From contig RQSC01001135.1 of the NCBI GenBank assembly GCA_013416795.1, forward strand, positions 41,070 through 105,069: a stretch of DNA of 64,000 nucleotides. Direction: 5' to 3'. Positions 18,228-28,698 of the stretch are shown here, one piece after another (within the stretch, counting starts at the first letter, position 1; each line of letters opens with the position of its first letter). The notes under the pieces are model-generated. The model made no database searches. It saw only the letters and a list, made by a program, of their open reading frames with translations, and was not told where the DNA came from. Origin of the DNA: Prasinococcaceae sp. CCMP 1430. Taxonomy: Eukaryota; Plantae; Prasinodermophyta. Position numbers and translations under genes: made by a program.

Positions 18228-21200
18228 CTAGTCGATCTTGAGGGCGCCGTAGATGCGGCGCACGAAGGCGTAGCACGCGTAGAAGCCGATGGTGCCCGTC
18301 ACCACGAAGAACAGGATGCTCACCACGCCCATGTAGCCGAAGTACAGGATGCCGCTGGGCGTCTTCGAGATGTCCAGCTTGGTGTAGTAGTAGAAGATGG
18401 AGTACAGGAACAGGTAGAGCGCCGAGGAGCCGCTCGTGAAGAAGCTCCTCCACCACCAGTTGTAGTCCTCCGCGCACAGCTGGAAGTAGCACAGCACCAC
18501 CGAGATCTCCGCGCACGTGATGGCGAGGATGATGCCCACCAGGAGGACGAAGCCGAACGCGTAGAAGAACTGGTGGAGCCAGATCGACGTGAGGATGAAG
18601 AAGAGCTCGATGAAGACGGCGCCGAAGGGCAGCACGCCGCCGATCAGGACGGAGAGCGCCGGGTGCATGTACCAGGCCTGCTCGGGGATGAGGCGAGGGA
18701 TCATCTTGGTGCGCACGGGGTCCTCCGACGCCGGCGCCTTGTAGCCGAAGTAGGAGCCGATGAAGACCAGCGGCACGCTGATGCCGAACCACAGGAAGAG
18801 GATCGCGAAGAGCGTGCCGAAGGGCACCGCGCCGCTGCTCCTCTGCCCCCAGATGACCGCGTTGAGGACCACGAAGACCGCGAACACGCCGCCCGGCAGC
18901 AGGAAGGCCGTCTTGAGGGTGTTCGTCTTCCACGCGGTGCCCTTGAACTGCTTGAACAGGCGCGCCGAGCAATAGCCGGCGAACAGCCCCATGAACACGA
19001 AGAGCAGGAGCATGGCGGTCATGAGGCCGCCGCGGTTGGCCGGGCTCAGGAAGCCCAGGACCGCGAACATCACGGTCACCACGGACATGGCGCACAGCTG
19101 CACGCCGCAGCCGCAGAGCACCGAGAGCATGCCGGGCGCCGCCGGCGGGCGGAAGACGTCGCCGTGCACGAGCTTCCAGCCGGTCTCCTCCTGCGCCTCC
19201 TCCGCCGTCTCGAGCTGGTTGTACTTCGAGATGTCGCGGTGCAGCGTGCGGAGCATGATCATGCCCACCATGCCGCTGAGGAAGAGCACGATCATGAGCG
19301 AGTTGATGATGGAGAACCAGTGGATCTGATCGTCGGTCATCAGCAGGTACGTGTCCCAGCGGCTCGCCCACCTGATGTCCGAGAGGCGGAAGAGCACGTC
19401 GTACGTGAAGGTGACCTCCTCGCCCGCCTTGATCGCCTGCGGCGCGCCCTCGTGCGTCACGAGCACGTTGCTCGCCGGGTCGCACGTCGAGAGCCCGCCG
19501 TCCTTCGCCTTGTGCTGCACGGAGAACGGCTCCACCTCGAAGCCAACGATGCGGCTGAGGTCCGTCTCGACGTCCTTGTGGTACAGGACGGTGAAGCGCA
19601 GGTGGTTGTGCAGGTACGCCGTCTCCGCGCCGCCCCCATCGCCGGCGACGAAGCCCACCGGATAGCCGCGCTCGTACGTCTTGATGGACTCGCCCGTGTC
19701 CTCGCGCGCCCTCATCTTCACCATCGCCACCGGCAGGTTGTCCAAGATCATGTTGACGCGGTAGTCGTCGCTCACCTGGAGTCGTCGCGCGCGCGAGGGT
19801 CAGCACAGTCGCGCCGCCGCCGCACACGACCGCGCGCTCTCTCGCGCGCGCGGCGTCGTCGGCGCCGGCGGCGGGCTCGGCGCCGCCGCAGCTGCAGCTG
19901 GACAAGGCGGTGCTCTCGCGCTCCGAGGTGCGCCGGCGCGCCAACTGGCCCGAGCGCCAGGCCGTCCTGCAGCGGCCCGCCAGCCCGCCGGGCCAGGCCG
20001 CCAGCCTGTGGCTCGCGCAGGCCGAGATCGCCACGCACCACAAGCGCGCGACGCCGCTGTGGGCGCGGAGCAGCGTGCAGTTCCTGGTGATGGACACGCA
20101 CCAGCAGCACGCCTCTGGCAGGTCTCACAACGGCGGCTCCGACGGCGGCGGCAGCGAGGTGGAGGCCGAGATCGAGCACGCGCAGGCGCGGCGCGTGGAG
20201 GTGCGCCGCGGCACCCTGGTGCCGCTGTACGCCAACCAGCACGAGGCGGAGGACGGCTGCGCGCTGCACCCGCCGTCGTGGCTGCCCACGGCCTCGGCGG
20301 CGGCCGCCGCCGCCGCCGCGGCGGCGGCGGCGTACCACGGGGACCCCTTCCAGAGCCGTCAGCCCAGCGCGCCCCCCCACAGGATGCTCTGCGAGGGCGA
20401 CAGCAGCTGCTCCGTGTCGGAGGACAGGGACGGCGACCGCGACATGCGGGACGTGGACGGCGGCGGGGGGCGGGTTTTGGGGGGGGGAGAGGGGGGGGGC
20501 GCCGACTGGGCGGCGGGCGCGATGATGGACGCCGACGAGCGCGCGTACGGCGCCTCGCCCGCGTCCTTCGAGAGCGCGTTCGCGATGGCGCCGCCCCCCG
20601 TGGCCCTGCCGGCCGAGGCGCCGATCGGCGGGCTCGGAGGAGGGGAGGGAGGCGGGAGGGGCGGCGGCGCGATCGACGTGGCCGTCCACCTCGGGGAGCC
20701 CCCGTCAGGGCGGTCGGGGGGGCAGGGGGAGGCGGCGGGCGGGGCGGTCCAGGACGCCTGGGACGACGCCGGCGCGTCGTCGATGCTGGAGGACCACGAC
20801 GACGGGGCGGCGGCCGAGCGCCAGGAGGAGGCGGAGGAGATGTCGGACCTGACCGAGGTCGCCGGTGCGATGGGAGGGGCAGTGGTGGGAGACGTCGCGC
20901 CGGCGCCCCCGGCGGCGGAGGGGGGCGAGGCGGCGGCGGAGGAAGCGCCGCCGCTTGGGGCGGCGGCCATGGGGCCGCGCCGTGGCAGCAGGGGCATGAT
21001 CACGCGCGAGGCCGAGATCCGGCGGCGCGCCGAGTCCGGGTCCGGGTCCGGCGAGGGCGACAGCAGCAGCGAGAGGAGGAGTTCGAGCAGCGGAAGCCTG
21101 AGGAGTCGCGGCAGCGACGGCATCGCGTCCGTCACGGACGGCTGGGACCTGGAGGTCCCGCTGGCGGGCATGAAGCAGGCGTGAAGAGCAGCACCATGTC

Positions 21201-22239
21201 CGTAGACGAAAGCCTTGTGCGCGTCTCCTTGTTTCCCTGTGCACTCGTCGTCATAAAAGTTTTTTGCCGTTTCTTTAAAAAAAAAAAAGAGGGAGAGGGA
21301 CGGGGGACAGAAAGAATGGTGTACAGCCGCAGCCACGCGCGCGGCGGCGCCTCGCGAGCTCGCGAGCTCATCGCCCGTGGTTCGGGTGCGTGCTGCGGGC
21401 GGCGAAGGCCGCGTGCGTCACAAGCACGAGGAGGACCACGAAGAGCACCGCGCACGCCGCCGCGTTGGCCTTCCCCCACTTGACGTCGCGCGGACCCTCC
21501 GGGCGAAACGCGCTGCACACCGTGTGCGGCAGCGGGCAGATGTACAGCATGCCCAGCAGCCACAGCGGCGGGCAGATGAAGCCCGAAAAGAACAGCAGCA
21601 TCGCGATGGACATGCGCTCGGGCGAGTTTTTGCTGGGCAGCGCATCCGGCACGTTCACCTCGATCGTACCACCCTCGGCGCTCACGGGCGGGTACACATA
21701 CTCCTCGCCGATCTCCACCGACTCGGACATGCCCGCGCCGTCCGCGCCGCCGCCGCCCGCGCCGTCCTGCGAGCCGCCGATGGAGGACCCAGAGCCGACC
21801 GGCAGCAGGGCCTGCTTGGCCGCGTCAGTCTCAGTTTGCTGCCCCATGCACGCCCCCGGGCCGCCGCCGCCGCCGCGGCCGCCATGGCAGCAAAACCAGA
21901 CTGAACCCTAAACACCTTACCTAAATTATGCAGCGGGCGCGCGTCGGCGGGCGCGCGGCCTCGGAGCCCGCGCACGAGCTCGCAGCGCACCTTCTCCGAA
22001 AACTCCTTCGCGGACTTCTCGTCCAGCGAGACCTTGCACAGCGTCTTGCACTGTTCGTCATGCCTGATTTCGATCTGGTAGAGCGAGTTCTCGATCCTGT
22101 CACCGCGTAGCACCTCGCCCAGGTTCTCCGCGCTGTTCACGATCGGATCAGGCTGGCAGTACGGCAGGGAGTAGTACTCGTACGGCAGCTGCGTCTTCGT
22201 CGACGACAGCTTGTTCACCTTCAGGCCGACGACATCACC
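18228..22239 (-). CDS. Transmembrane 9 superfamily (EMP70/TMN) protein; exons 22239-21991 and 19775-18228; first exon probably in the N gap
   Basis: LKVNKLSSTKTQLPYEYYSLPYC, ENLGEVLRGDRIENS, YRVNMILDNLP, WASRWDTYL, IHWFSIINS, ETGWKLVHGDVFRPP, AEDYNWWWRS, C-terminal KID. The two exons join in frame (SEK-VSDDYRVN). Confidence 0.93.
19860..21184 (+). CDS. C-terminal fragment of an ATG18f/g/h-like (BCAS3-domain) protein, lying inside the TM9 intron; WD40 N-terminus absent
   Basis: EVRRRANWPER, SLWLAQAEIATH..PLWARSSVQFLVMD and EIEHAQARRVEVRRGTLVPLY resemble remembered plant ATG18h/BCAS3 C-terminal blocks. Low-complexity tail follows. Confidence 0.6.
21368..21847 (-). CDS. Small two-TM membrane protein of unknown function, inside the TM9 intron
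   Basis: ATG-to-stop ORF of 159 aa. Hydrophobic segments MLLFFSGFICPPLWLLGMLYIC and ANAAACAVLFVVLLVLV. Confidence 0.6.
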   Translation of the reverse strand: MGQQTETDAAKQALLPVGSGSSIGGSQDGAGGGGADGAGMSESVEIGEEYVYPPVSAEGGTIEVNVPDALPSKNSPERMSIAMLLFFSGFICPPLWLLGMLYICPLPHTVCSAFRPEGPRDVKWGKANAAACAVLFVVLLVLVTHAAFAARSTHPNHGR

Positions 22240-22430
22240 CTGCAGCCGCGCGGCGGCGGCGCGAGCGAGCGCAGGCAGCGGCGGGGTCAGACGCCTTTCC
22301 GACCCTACAGGCGCCACCGCCGCGCGATGGCGTCGGCAGGGTGTCGCGCGGCCTCGCGGCGGCGGCGGCGGGGGCGCGCGCAACAGGGCCCCTGGCGCTC
22401 AAACGCCCTCCTCACTCGCCTCCCTGCGCG

Positions 22431-23199
22431 NNNNNNNNNNNNNNNNNNNNNNNNNNNNNNNNNNNNNNNNNNNNNNNNNNNNNNNNNNNNNNNNNNNNNN
22501 NNNNNNNNNNNNNNNNNNNNNNNNNNNNNNNNNNNNNNNNNNNNNNNNNNNNNNNNNNNNNNNNNNNNNNNNNNNNNNNNNNNNNNNNNNNNNNNNNNNN
22601 NNNNNNNNNNNNNNNNNNNNNNNNNNNNNNNNNNNNNNNNNNNNNNNNNNNNNNNNNNNNNNNNNNNNNNNNNNNNNNNNNNNNNNNNNNNNNNNNNNNN
22701 NNNNNNNNNNNNNNNNNNNNNNNNNNNNNNNNNNNNNNNNNNNNNNNNNNNNNNNNNNNNNNNNNNNNNNNNNNNNNNNNNNNNNNNNNNNNNNNNNNNN
22801 NNNNNNNNNNNNNNNNNNNNNNNNNNNNNNNNNNNNNNNNNNNNNNNNNNNNNNNNNNNNNNNNNNNNNNNNNNNNNNNNNNNNNNNNNNNNNNNNNNNN
22901 NNNNNNNNNNNNNNNNNNNNNNNNNNNNNNNNNNNNNNNNNNNNNNNNNNNNNNNNNNNNNNNNNNNNNNNNNNNNNNNNNNNNNNNNNNNNNNNNNNNN
23001 NNNNNNNNNNNNNNNNNNNNNNNNNNNNNNNNNNNNNNNNNNNNNNNNNNNNNNNNNNNNNNNNNNNNNNNNNNNNNNNNNNNNNNNNNNNNNNNNNNNN
23101 NNNNNNNNNNNNNNNNNNNNNNNNNNNNNNNNNNNNNNNNNNNNNNNNNNNNNNNNNNNNNNNNNNNNNNNNNNNNNNNNNNNNNNNNNNNNNNNNNNN
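22431..23199. other. Assembly gap (769 N)
   Basis: Run of N. Single-N joins also at 5602, 11909, 14045, 16012, 33651, 51854 and 52805. Confidence 1.
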
Positions 23200-23340
23200 C
23201 CCCCCTCCCGCGCCGCAGCGCCACAGCGCGCGCGCGCGCGCGCGCGCGCAGGGGGTGGGGTGGGGTGGTTCGGGTTGGGAGGAGGGGGGGGGGGAGGGGT
23301 CGTCGCAAGGAAGGTCGGGCGGCCGCGCCGCCTTCGAACC

Positions 23341-25968
23341 ATGTGGCAGGCGCTGTTTGGGGGCGGCAGTGGCGGCGGCGGCGGCGGCGGCGGGCGCCAG
23401 GCGCCCGCACCGCGCGTGCTGTCGCTCAGCGAGCTGGAGCGCCTGCATGGCCAGCTCGCGCGGACGACGATGGTCACCGAGGCGAACCGCGACGCCGTGG
23501 TGGAGGTGCTGCGCGCCATCGCGGAGGTGATGATCTGGGGCGACCAGAACGAACCGGAGGTGTTCGACTTCTTCTTGGAGGCGCAGACGCTCTCGCACTG
23601 CGTGCGGCTGCTGGGCGCGTCCACCTCGCGCCAGACGTCGGTGGCAGTGCAGATGCTGCAGACGATGTCCATCATGATCCAGAACATCCGCCGCGACACG
23701 TCCGTGTACTACCTGTTCTCGAACAACCACATCAACAGGCTGATTGCCTACGACTTCGACTTCGCCAACGAGGAGCTCCTCGCGTTCTACATCTCCTTCC
23801 TAAAGACGGTGTCGCTCAGGCTCAACGAGGGCACGGTGCAGTTCTTCTTCCAGGGCCACACGGACCCGCCCTCGTTCCCTCTGTACACGCTGGCCACCCG
23901 CTTCGTCGACCACCCGGAGAGCATGGTGCGGATCGCCGTGCGCACCGTCACGCTGAACGTGTACGCGGTGCCGGACGAGGCCACCCGCGCGTTCGTGGTG
24001 GAGGACGCGAAAAACTACTTCCCCGCGGTGATTGGCGCGATGCTGAGGAGGTGCCTCGCGCACGACGCCCCGGGCGTGGGCCACGGCGCGCTGGAGACGG
24101 CCAATGCCGAGGCGTGCGACATGCTCTCGTACGTGTCGGACGTGCTCGCCCTCGAAGCCCCGGGGCTCACCGGTGCCGTGCTGCAGCACTTCGACCAGGG
24201 GCTGGTGGAGCCGCTGCTGCTGGGCTCCCTGTTGGTCGGCCCCGACGCCCGCGCGGGAGAGCACGACGACGTCTCTCTTCAGAAGGGCACCGCGCTGCAC
24301 CTGATTGGCAGAGTCATGGAGATCGTCACGCACGCGGCGCTCGTCAATGGCCTGGTCTGCAGGCTGCTCGCGCCGGCCGGTCAGTGCCAGCCCGTCGAAG
24401 AGTCCGCGGAGAGCGGCGCGGGTGGCGAGGGCGCTGCCGGGGTGGCGCCCCCGACGGGCGGCGCCGCGGAACCGCCGCAGCACGGGGGGGGAGCAGATGG
24501 GAGGAACCAGCTGCGCTCTGCACTGTTGGAAGCGCTCAAGTGCGGCGACGGGCGCTCGGCGCTGGCGGCGCTGCAGTGCCTGGCAGCCATCGTGCGCAGC
24601 GAGACGCCCAGTACGGCCATTCTCGAGCGCGTGGGCTTGCTGCCGGCGAGCAGGGTGAAGAAACAGAGGCTATTGGAAGCGCTTGTCCGTGATGACGACG
24701 CGGATGGCGCCGGCGGGCAGGACAGCGGAGGGTCGGACGGTGGCTCCCAGGCTTGCGCCGACACGGGGGCGCAGGCGTCCCCCCAGCAGCTCGAGGTGCT
24801 GGCTGCCATCCTCGCACGGCTCGAAGGCGACATGCGTGTCAATGACGCCGCGCTCGTAGAACGCAGGAGGCAGCTGGCCTGCTGGCTGCTGTTGCAGCTG
24901 GCGCCCCAGCCTGCGGCGTGCCAGGGCGCAGCGGACGGTGTGAACGACTCCGCCATGGCGCTCGAGTCGACCGCTCTTGAGAGGCTGTCATTGTTCGCCG
25001 GAGGCGTGTGGTGCGACATGTTACCGCACCTCCTTGACGAGGAGTGGGCGGCGCTGCGCAAGGCCGTGTGCGGAGGCCGGCCTCCGCGGCAGGCGATGGA
25101 GTTTGTAGGTAGCGCGGTCGCCCCCAGCGTACGGACGAGCTCCAGCAGGGACGGCTCCAAATCGAGCGCGCGGAGCGCGCACGACCTCTTTACCGCCGCG
25201 GGCGCGTTCATGGCGGCGAGGATCGCGAGTTTGGCGCTGCGCGGCATGCCGCTCCCCAACGCTCTTGTGAGCGAGGCTGAGGCTGGGTCAGCCGCCCTTG
25301 ATGCGGCCGCTGCATTCGAGCGCCTCGGCAGCGAAATGGACGATCTGAGCGGCGTGCACGCGTGCGTCGGCAACGTGCCCGTCAGCGAGGGCGCGGTCAT
25401 CCGCCTCGAGGGCGCTGACGCGCTCCCATGCCGCGTGGCGTTTGAGCGTGGGCGCGAGCACGCCGTCTTTCTGGTGCTAACAACCAACCGATCGGTGAGC
25501 ACTTCGGTCTCGGACTCTCAGGGGAGTGCCAGTAGCGGCACCGTCCGCGGTGGGCCCATGAGTGGCAGGGGCGTGGGTGCGCTACTGCTCGTGGAGCGCA
25601 GCGTGGACGCGGAAGACATGGGCGTGGTGCGCGCCGTGGCGCACTTGGCGGGCACTCGAGCGGAGCGTGACGAAAACCACCCGTGCTGGCTCCACATTTG
25701 TGTTCGGTCGCCGCTGCCGCCGCGTGCAAGCGCCGTGTCGGCGCTGACGAGCTCGAAACGCGCGGTGCGCCACGTGACGGACGGCAAGTGGACGCTCGCC
25801 TTCCGCGACGAGCACTCGTGCGCCGCGGCACAGGCGTTCGCGGCCTTCGCGACCGCTCAGCTACGCGAGACCTGCCGCGCCGCGCTAGCCGTGCGCGTTG
25901 GCACGGCAGGTGGGGCGCCCCCCCCCCCGCCGAACGAGGACACCGCGGCGTCGATGGAGACCAAGTAA
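23341..25968 (+). CDS. CLEC16A/FPL-domain protein (plant TT9/GFS9-like), intronless
   Basis: VVEVLRAIAEVMIWGDQNEPEVFDFFLE, QMLQTMSIMIQNI, YYLFSNNHINRLI..DFDF..EELLAFYISFLKTVSLRLN, FPLYT, HPESMVRIAVRTVTLNVY. Confidence 0.92.
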   Translation: MWQALFGGGSGGGGGGGGRQAPAPRVLSLSELERLHGQLARTTMVTEANRDAVVEVLRAIAEVMIWGDQNEPEVFDFFLEAQTLSHCVRLLGASTSRQTSVAVQMLQTMSIMIQNIRRDTSVYYLFSNNHINRLIAYDFDFANEELLAFYISFLKTVSLRLNEGTVQFFFQGHTDPPSFPLYTLATRFVDHPESMVRIAVRTVTLNVYAVPDEATRAFVVEDAKNYFPAVIGAMLRRCLAHDAPGVGHGALETANAEACDMLSYVSDVLALEAPGLTGAVLQHFDQGLVEPLLLGSLLVGPDARAGEHDDVSLQKGTALHLIGRVMEIVTHAALVNGLVCRLLAPAGQCQPVEESAESGAGGEGAAGVAPPTGGAAEPPQHGGGADGRNQLRSALLEALKCGDGRSALAALQCLAAIVRSETPSTAILERVGLLPASRVKKQRLLEALVRDDDADGAGGQDSGGSDGGSQACADTGAQASPQQLEVLAAILARLEGDMRVNDAALVERRRQLACWLLLQLAPQPAACQGAADGVNDSAMALESTALERLSLFAGGVWCDMLPHLLDEEWAALRKAVCGGRPPRQAMEFVGSAVAPSVRTSSSRDGSKSSARSAHDLFTAAGAFMAARIASLALRGMPLPNALVSEAEAGSAALDAAAAFERLGSEMDDLSGVHACVGNVPVSEGAVIRLEGADALPCRVAFERGREHAVFLVLTTNRSVSTSVSDSQGSASSGTVRGGPMSGRGVGALLLVERSVDAEDMGVVRAVAHLAGTRAERDENHPCWLHICVRSPLPPRASAVSALTSSKRAVRHVTDGKWTLAFRDEHSCAAAQAFAAFATAQLRETCRAALAVRVGTAGGAPPPPPNEDTAASMETK

Positions 25969-26091
25969 TCAGTCAAGGCACAGAGCACGTGCACACATAT
26001 TAAAATAATTAGTTCCTCTTCAGCGGGTCGGTGCGCGGCGCAGCGGGTTGCTGTAGGGCGGCGCACGGAGGGCGCACGGAAGGCGCGGCGC

Positions 26092-27168
26092 TCACTGGCT
26101 CCCAATGTCCAAGTCATCTTCTTCTGCTCGTACCGGCAGTTTGAACTCGAGCGAGACGTCCGGCGTGTACGCGCTCGCGCCGAGGGCGTCGCTACCTCCG
26201 TACGCCCCCGCGTCCGCGTAGTACTGACACCCGATCACCATGTACTGCCGCTGGCCGGCGATGGCGGCGATCGTGCGCGCCGGCGCCGTCAGCTGGCAGC
26301 ACAGCGCCTGCGCGAGATGCTTTTGGTCGACGACCGCCTTGTCGAGAAGGCCCTCGGCTTCGGCTTTTCGCATTCGCGACGCCGGACCCTCTCTTTGCGC
26401 CCCGGCGCCCTCGGTCGGCGCAGTGGCGCACTCGCCGTTCTCTTCGCCCGTGCCATCGCCAGCAGTCACCCCGAGCACTTGCAGCTGCGAGAACTCGACA
26501 CCCACGCTCGAGCCAACCTCTCCTCCAGCACCTCGCACGAAGAGGCGGCCACCGCGCGAGATGCCCACGGCGACGTGCGACGACAGCGCTTTGAGCTTGT
26601 CCACTACGACGGCCACGCGCCCCACGCTGTCCGGGAGCACGAGGTACGTGCGCACAGGCGCCGTGCGCGCCAGCCTGTCAAGCTCCATGAGGTCGCTCGG
26701 GGGTAGCGGCTCGCCGACCGGGACATCCTGCGTGATGAGCACGCGCCCCGGCTGGCCAGTGCGCTCATCCGCCATACGCCTGGCGACGAACGAAAGGTAC
26801 GGGATGCCCTTCGCGCCCGCATCTGCGCCGGGAGGCTTCTTGCGCGTCAGCTTCACGTAGACATCCCCCACCTCGAACGCGAAGATGCGCTTGATCGACT
26901 GCAACGCCCGCTGCAACAGCGTGACGTCCGCAGGGAATGCGATGCGGTCCTTCTCGATGCTCTTCACCTTGTACTCTGCGAACATGACGCGCGTCGCAAA
27001 CGACGCAGTCACGCGCACGGCGTCGCACGTGAAGTAGTTCTGCGTGAGCACGAGCTTCGTAGGCGTCAGGTACACCACGCAGTCTTTGTCCACCTTGGAC
27101 AGCGCGGGCAGGAAGTGGCCGTGCAGCGCCGCGAGGCCGCCGTCGAGCAGCCTCGCCTTGAACTTCAT
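26092..27168 (-). CDS. HUS1: 9-1-1 checkpoint clamp subunit HUS1
   Basis: MKFKARLLDGGLAALHGHFLPALSKVDKDC, FAEYKVKSIEKDRIAF, VKLTRKKPP..PYLSF and ITQDVPV follow plant HUS1. Confidence 0.85.
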   Translation of the reverse strand: MKFKARLLDGGLAALHGHFLPALSKVDKDCVVYLTPTKLVLTQNYFTCDAVRVTASFATRVMFAEYKVKSIEKDRIAFPADVTLLQRALQSIKRIFAFEVGDVYVKLTRKKPPGADAGAKGIPYLSFVARRMADERTGQPGRVLITQDVPVGEPLPPSDLMELDRLARTAPVRTYLVLPDSVGRVAVVVDKLKALSSHVAVGISRGGRLFVRGAGGEVGSSVGVEFSQLQVLGVTAGDGTGEENGECATAPTEGAGAQREGPASRMRKAEAEGLLDKAVVDQKHLAQALCCQLTAPARTIAAIAGQRQYMVIGCQYYADAGAYGGSDALGASAYTPDVSLEFKLPVRAEEDDLDIGSQ

Positions 27169-28052
27169 CGCACGCGCGGGAGGGAATGGGGGGGGGCGGG
27201 GAGGAGGAGGGGCAGCGCCGGCGTCACGCGGCTTTCTCGCCCTGCGTCCGGCACCGCCCCTCCCCGCCCCTCGGCGCGCCGCACTGCAGCTCCGCCTCCC
27301 CGCCTCGAGCGCCCGCGCCGCCGCGGGGCGCGCCGCGAGAGAGGTATGTGATGTTTGCCGTCTTCGTATTCTCCTGGATGCGCCGGGAGCGCGCGCGCGC
27401 GCGCGAATCGACGGACGCGAAATGGCTCCGCTCCGAGCTCCCATCGGCAGTTGCATGCGCAGCGCTCTTTGGCACTCTGATTGAGAAGAAACCAAACCCC
27501 TCTCTTCCCTTGATGAGGATGGCACAGTCCTCCCAGCCTCTGCCGTTTCTCGTTGTCGTTCTTTTGTGTCGTGTGTTCATGTTCAGGCGCGCGACGGTGC
27601 GCGCTCGTGCGTGGCGCGCGATCCGCTCTGGGGTCCGAGCGGATCGCGCGGGTGCGGGGGCCGCAGCGGACGCCGCGGCACGTGCGTTTTGACCTGGCGA
27701 TGAGTCAATAATAAACCCTTCATACACCCTAAAAGGACCATTTCGACGCGGCGAAAGACTGACTTTGAACCTGCCTGCCACGGCAGAGCCCACCAAACCT
27801 AAACCACGGGAAAGGGGAACGTGCCCACAGACACGGACACGGACGGCGTGGCACACACCGCGCTCCTCTGTAAAACGCATGCATTTTGATGGCGATGCGT
27901 GCGTTTTTGATGGCGCGATCCTGACGCCGCGCGCGCGCGCGCGCTCGCGCGCGGGCGCTGGCGCTGCTCGTCGGCGCCACACCCTGCGCCTCTGGCGCGC
28001 TCATGCGCGGCGAGCGGGCGGGCATCGCCGGCGCGCGGCGCGCGGCGCGAGC

Positions 28053-28511
28053 ATGGAGGACCGCATCGAGAGCGCCAAGGCGGGCGCGCTCGCGGCGGTG
28101 GCTGGGTCTCTCGCCGCTGCCCCCGTCGGAGCTCTGCTGCCGGTCCCGGGCGTGCTGACGCCGCAGTGGGAGTGGGATAGCGACACGCTCGCGGCATCGC
28201 TCGCACTTTTCGGTCTGGTGTACCGCTACGCCACGCGCAGCGATGCAGACAACGACATGCTCAAGCAGGGCGCTGTGGGGGCCTTCGCAATCACGCGCGT
28301 GCTCGCCTCCGTGCGCGTCGGGGAGCAGTGCACTGCGCTGCCGCTCGAATGCGGGCCTCCGCTGGGCTACTTCGACTGGGCGATGCTCTCGCAACTCGCG
28401 AGCGCGGGGGCGCACGCTGCGGCCGCGTACGGCGGCGCGGCGCTGGCAATCGAGGCTGCCTTTGACAAGGGGCTCCTCGCGCGCGTGCCAGGCCGCATGG
28501 ATGGCGAGTAG
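28053..28511 (+). CDS. Conserved plastid/cyanobacterial-type membrane protein of unknown function; N-terminal transit peptide probably extends upstream
   Basis: MEDRIESAKAGALAAVAGSLA, LFGLVYRYATRSDADNDMLKQGAVGAFAITRVLA. In-frame Arg/Ala-rich stretch upstream. Confidence 0.65.
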   Translation: MEDRIESAKAGALAAVAGSLAAAPVGALLPVPGVLTPQWEWDSDTLAASLALFGLVYRYATRSDADNDMLKQGAVGAFAITRVLASVRVGEQCTALPLECGPPLGYFDWAMLSQLASAGAHAAAAYGGAALAIEAAFDKGLLARVPGRMDGE

Positions 28512-28698
28512 CTGCTGCGGAGGGCACGGCGGGTAGAGTATTTGTAAAATTGCGACTTAACCAGGGCTGCGTCCAGCTGCTGGCGCACACCGAAGCGATG
28601 CACCGTCGTATCTATTCACCAGATCAAGTATCCATACATCATTCACCCATGCTGCTGTCGCCCGGCGCAAGCGGGCCGGCGACGGTCCAAAAATGTGC

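Noticed and set aside
22327-23340. N-terminal extensions of ORFs that run through the N gap
   Set aside because: They are translations of Ns. The CLEC16A-like gene starts convincingly at 23341.
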